59,770 bases of DNA from Candidatus Aenigmatarchaeota archaeon (GTDB taxonomy: Archaea; Aenigmatarchaeota; Aenigmatarchaeia; QMZP01). Positions within the stretch are counted from its first letter, which is position 1. Each line of letters begins with the position of its first letter. Below are positions 58,875 to 59,770 of the stretch, in pieces. A program made the translations under genes and the position numbers. A model generated the notes under the pieces. That model did not search any database and was not told the origin of the DNA. It worked only from the letters and a program-made list of their open reading frames with translations. The DNA lies in assembly GCA_030670085.1 (NCBI GenBank), contig DAOVCJ010000003.1, forward strand, positions 1 through 59,770, given 5' to 3'.

Positions 58875-59163
58875 ATTTTTTCTCTGCTGGGACTTCCTCT
58901 TCCTCGGTCACAGGAGCGGATATATGCTTTACCAGTATTATATCTCCGATTGCATTCACCATCGGAAATGGTATAATCAATCCCTTCTTGTCACCAAGCA
59001 TTTTACCGAGATAAGAGCTCTTTGCCGCCTTTACTACAATTGACCTTATCTTGAATCTTTTCAAATCGCATTCTACGTCTTCAACCTTTCCGCAGTACTG
59101 ACCCTTATCCGTAAAAACATCCTTCATCCATGTTTCAGAAACACTCGCGATCTTTATTGCCAT
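58864..59163 (-). CDS. PRC-barrel domain protein
   Basis: 99 aa. V.D..G...G.V.DV..D pattern, acidic tail. Confidence 0.55.
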   Translation of the reverse strand: MAIKIASVSETWMKDVFTDKGQYCGKVEDVECDLKRFKIRSIVVKAAKSSYLGKMLGDKKGLIIPFPMVNAIGDIILVKHISAPVTEEEEVPAEKKSTE

Positions 59164-59237
59164 TAGAACACCTCCACCCTTTAATATGAAATATAGCTTA
59201 TAAACTAAATATAAAATAAAGGTTTATAAACTTAAGT

Positions 59238-59398
59238 GCTGGGATGGCCGAGAGCTGTTATCTTGAATTGATGCGGTCGGTAATGGTTAAAGGCGCACGG
59301 TTGCTAACCGTGTGTGCGTAAGCACGCGAGGGTTCAAAAGCGTACGACGACTTGGATAAACCGAAACAAGCCGTCTGTTGAAAATCCCTCTCCCAGCG
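59238..59398 (+). tRNA. tRNA-Ser(GCU) with two introns (D-loop, T-loop)
   Basis: Acceptor GCTGGGA/TCCCAGC plus G59398. Anticodon stem CACGG/CCGTG, GCT at 59303-59305. Variable arm. T-stem GAGGG/CCCTC is split by a ~46-nt insert. ~31-nt D-loop insert. Confidence 0.75.
59346..59375 (+). repeat. CTTGG-hairpin copy inside the T-loop intron of tRNA-Ser(GCU)
   Basis: GACGACTTG-GATAAACCGAAA-CAAGCCGTC (one A.C mismatch). Confidence 0.75.
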
Positions 59399-59419
59399 CT
59401 TTTATTTCTAGAAAAACAA

Positions 59420-59573
59420 TGCGCCATGCGGGATGTTCAGCCCTGCTAGCTCCTCATCCAGCAGTACAATCGAACCCGCGTTACAGGCTTTTCCCGTTGA
59501 TTGCCGGAAGTGTTGAAACCCGCTGGAGGTTTCAACTTGGGAAGCCCGTGTCCTGCCTCTAGACTAATGGCGC
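59420..59573 (-). tRNA. tRNA-Gly(CCC) with two introns (anticodon loop, T-loop)
   Basis: Minus read GCGCCAT-T-AGTC-TAGAGGCA-GGAC. Anticodon stem CGGGC/GCCTG, loop TT-CCC-AA plus a ~48-nt intron (GTTGAAACC/GGTTTCAAC helix). T-stem GCGGG/CCCGC is split by ~34 nt. Confidence 0.7.
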
Positions 59574-59622
59574 ACAATAATTCTTTATAAACTATTGTAA
59601 ATTATAAATTAATCTAATACGC

Positions 59623-59743
59623 GGGCCGATGGTCTAGTTGGTTAGGACGCTGCCCTTACAAGGCAGAGATCCCCAGTTCGAAGAGCGTAAGACGGCTTGG
59701 CTAGGTTGGAACGAGCCGTCCATCGAGAATCTGGGTCGGCCCA
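59623..59743 (+). tRNA. tRNA-Val(UAC) with a 47-nt T-loop intron
   Basis: GGGCCGA/TCGGCCC plus A59743. Anticodon stem CTGCC/GGCAG, TAC at 59657-59659. T-stem CCCAG/CTGGG. Exons align with the other two tRNA-Val genes. Confidence 0.8.
59691..59720 (+). repeat. CTTGG-hairpin copy inside the T-loop intron of tRNA-Val(UAC)
   Basis: GACGGCTTGG-CTAGGTTGGAA-CGAGCCGTC. Confidence 0.75.
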
Positions 59744-59770
59744 TATGGAAGATATTATCTCTTATTTCCA

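Noticed and set aside
59420-59573. A ~150-nt structured region closed by GCGCCAT/ATGGCGC, with an internal GTTGAAACC/GGTTTCAAC helix and a CCGGAAG motif. It first looked like an SRP-RNA-like or other stand-alone ncRNA.
   Set aside because: Read on the minus strand, it folds as tRNA-Gly(CCC): D-arm AGTC-TAGAGGCA-GGAC, loop TT-CCC-AA, T-stem GCGGG/CCCGC. It has two introns, and the helices are intron-internal.
149-59720. The hairpin copies could be CRISPR repeats, Rho-independent-like terminators, or palindromic DNA operator sites.
   Set aside because: The copies are not regularly spaced with unique spacers and no cas genes are present. Most lie upstream of genes or inside introns and lack following T-runs. 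The stems covary while orientation tracks transcription, which points to RNA-level rather than DNA-protein recognition.

Overview
This is a gene-dense archaeal chromosome segment. Archaeal and eukaryote-type information genes are recognisable by motif: TBP, aIF2-alpha, aIF5A plus deoxyhypusine synthase, aRF1, Nop5, Cbf5, RFC small subunit, an AEP primase, a GINS-like protein, a histone, SRP54, SecY, and r-proteins L44e, S27e, L18e, L40e, S26e and L19e. Short proteins, eroded catalytic motifs, overlapping genes and pilus/surface genes suggest a reduced-genome, possibly DPANN-like archaeon; that is inference only. I recognised no rRNA, CRISPR array, transposase or integrase. Two linked features stand out. 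(1) Of the 17 tRNA genes I could fold by hand, 14 carry 1-3 introns, about 24 in total. Many lie at non-canonical D-arm, anticodon-stem and T-loop positions, and tRNA-Ser(UGA) is 298 nt long. (2) A conserved ~30-nt stem-loop family (stem ..RCTTG, loop GAUAGAUUGA-like, e.g. GACGGCTTG-GATAAATTGATT-CAAGCCGTC) occurs at 21 or more loci. Copies lie inside tRNA introns, 10-12 nt after tRNA 3' ends, in tRNA-tRNA spacers, and in the 5' leaders of secY, rpl40e, aRF1 and a histone gene. Some copies are nested inside one another. The stems covary and the copies follow local transcription direction, so I treat this as a selected, possibly mobile or processing-related RNA element, and I do not recognise it as a described family. 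All tRNA folds, product calls and motif statements come from reading the sequence and translations by eye. No homology or covariance search was run.
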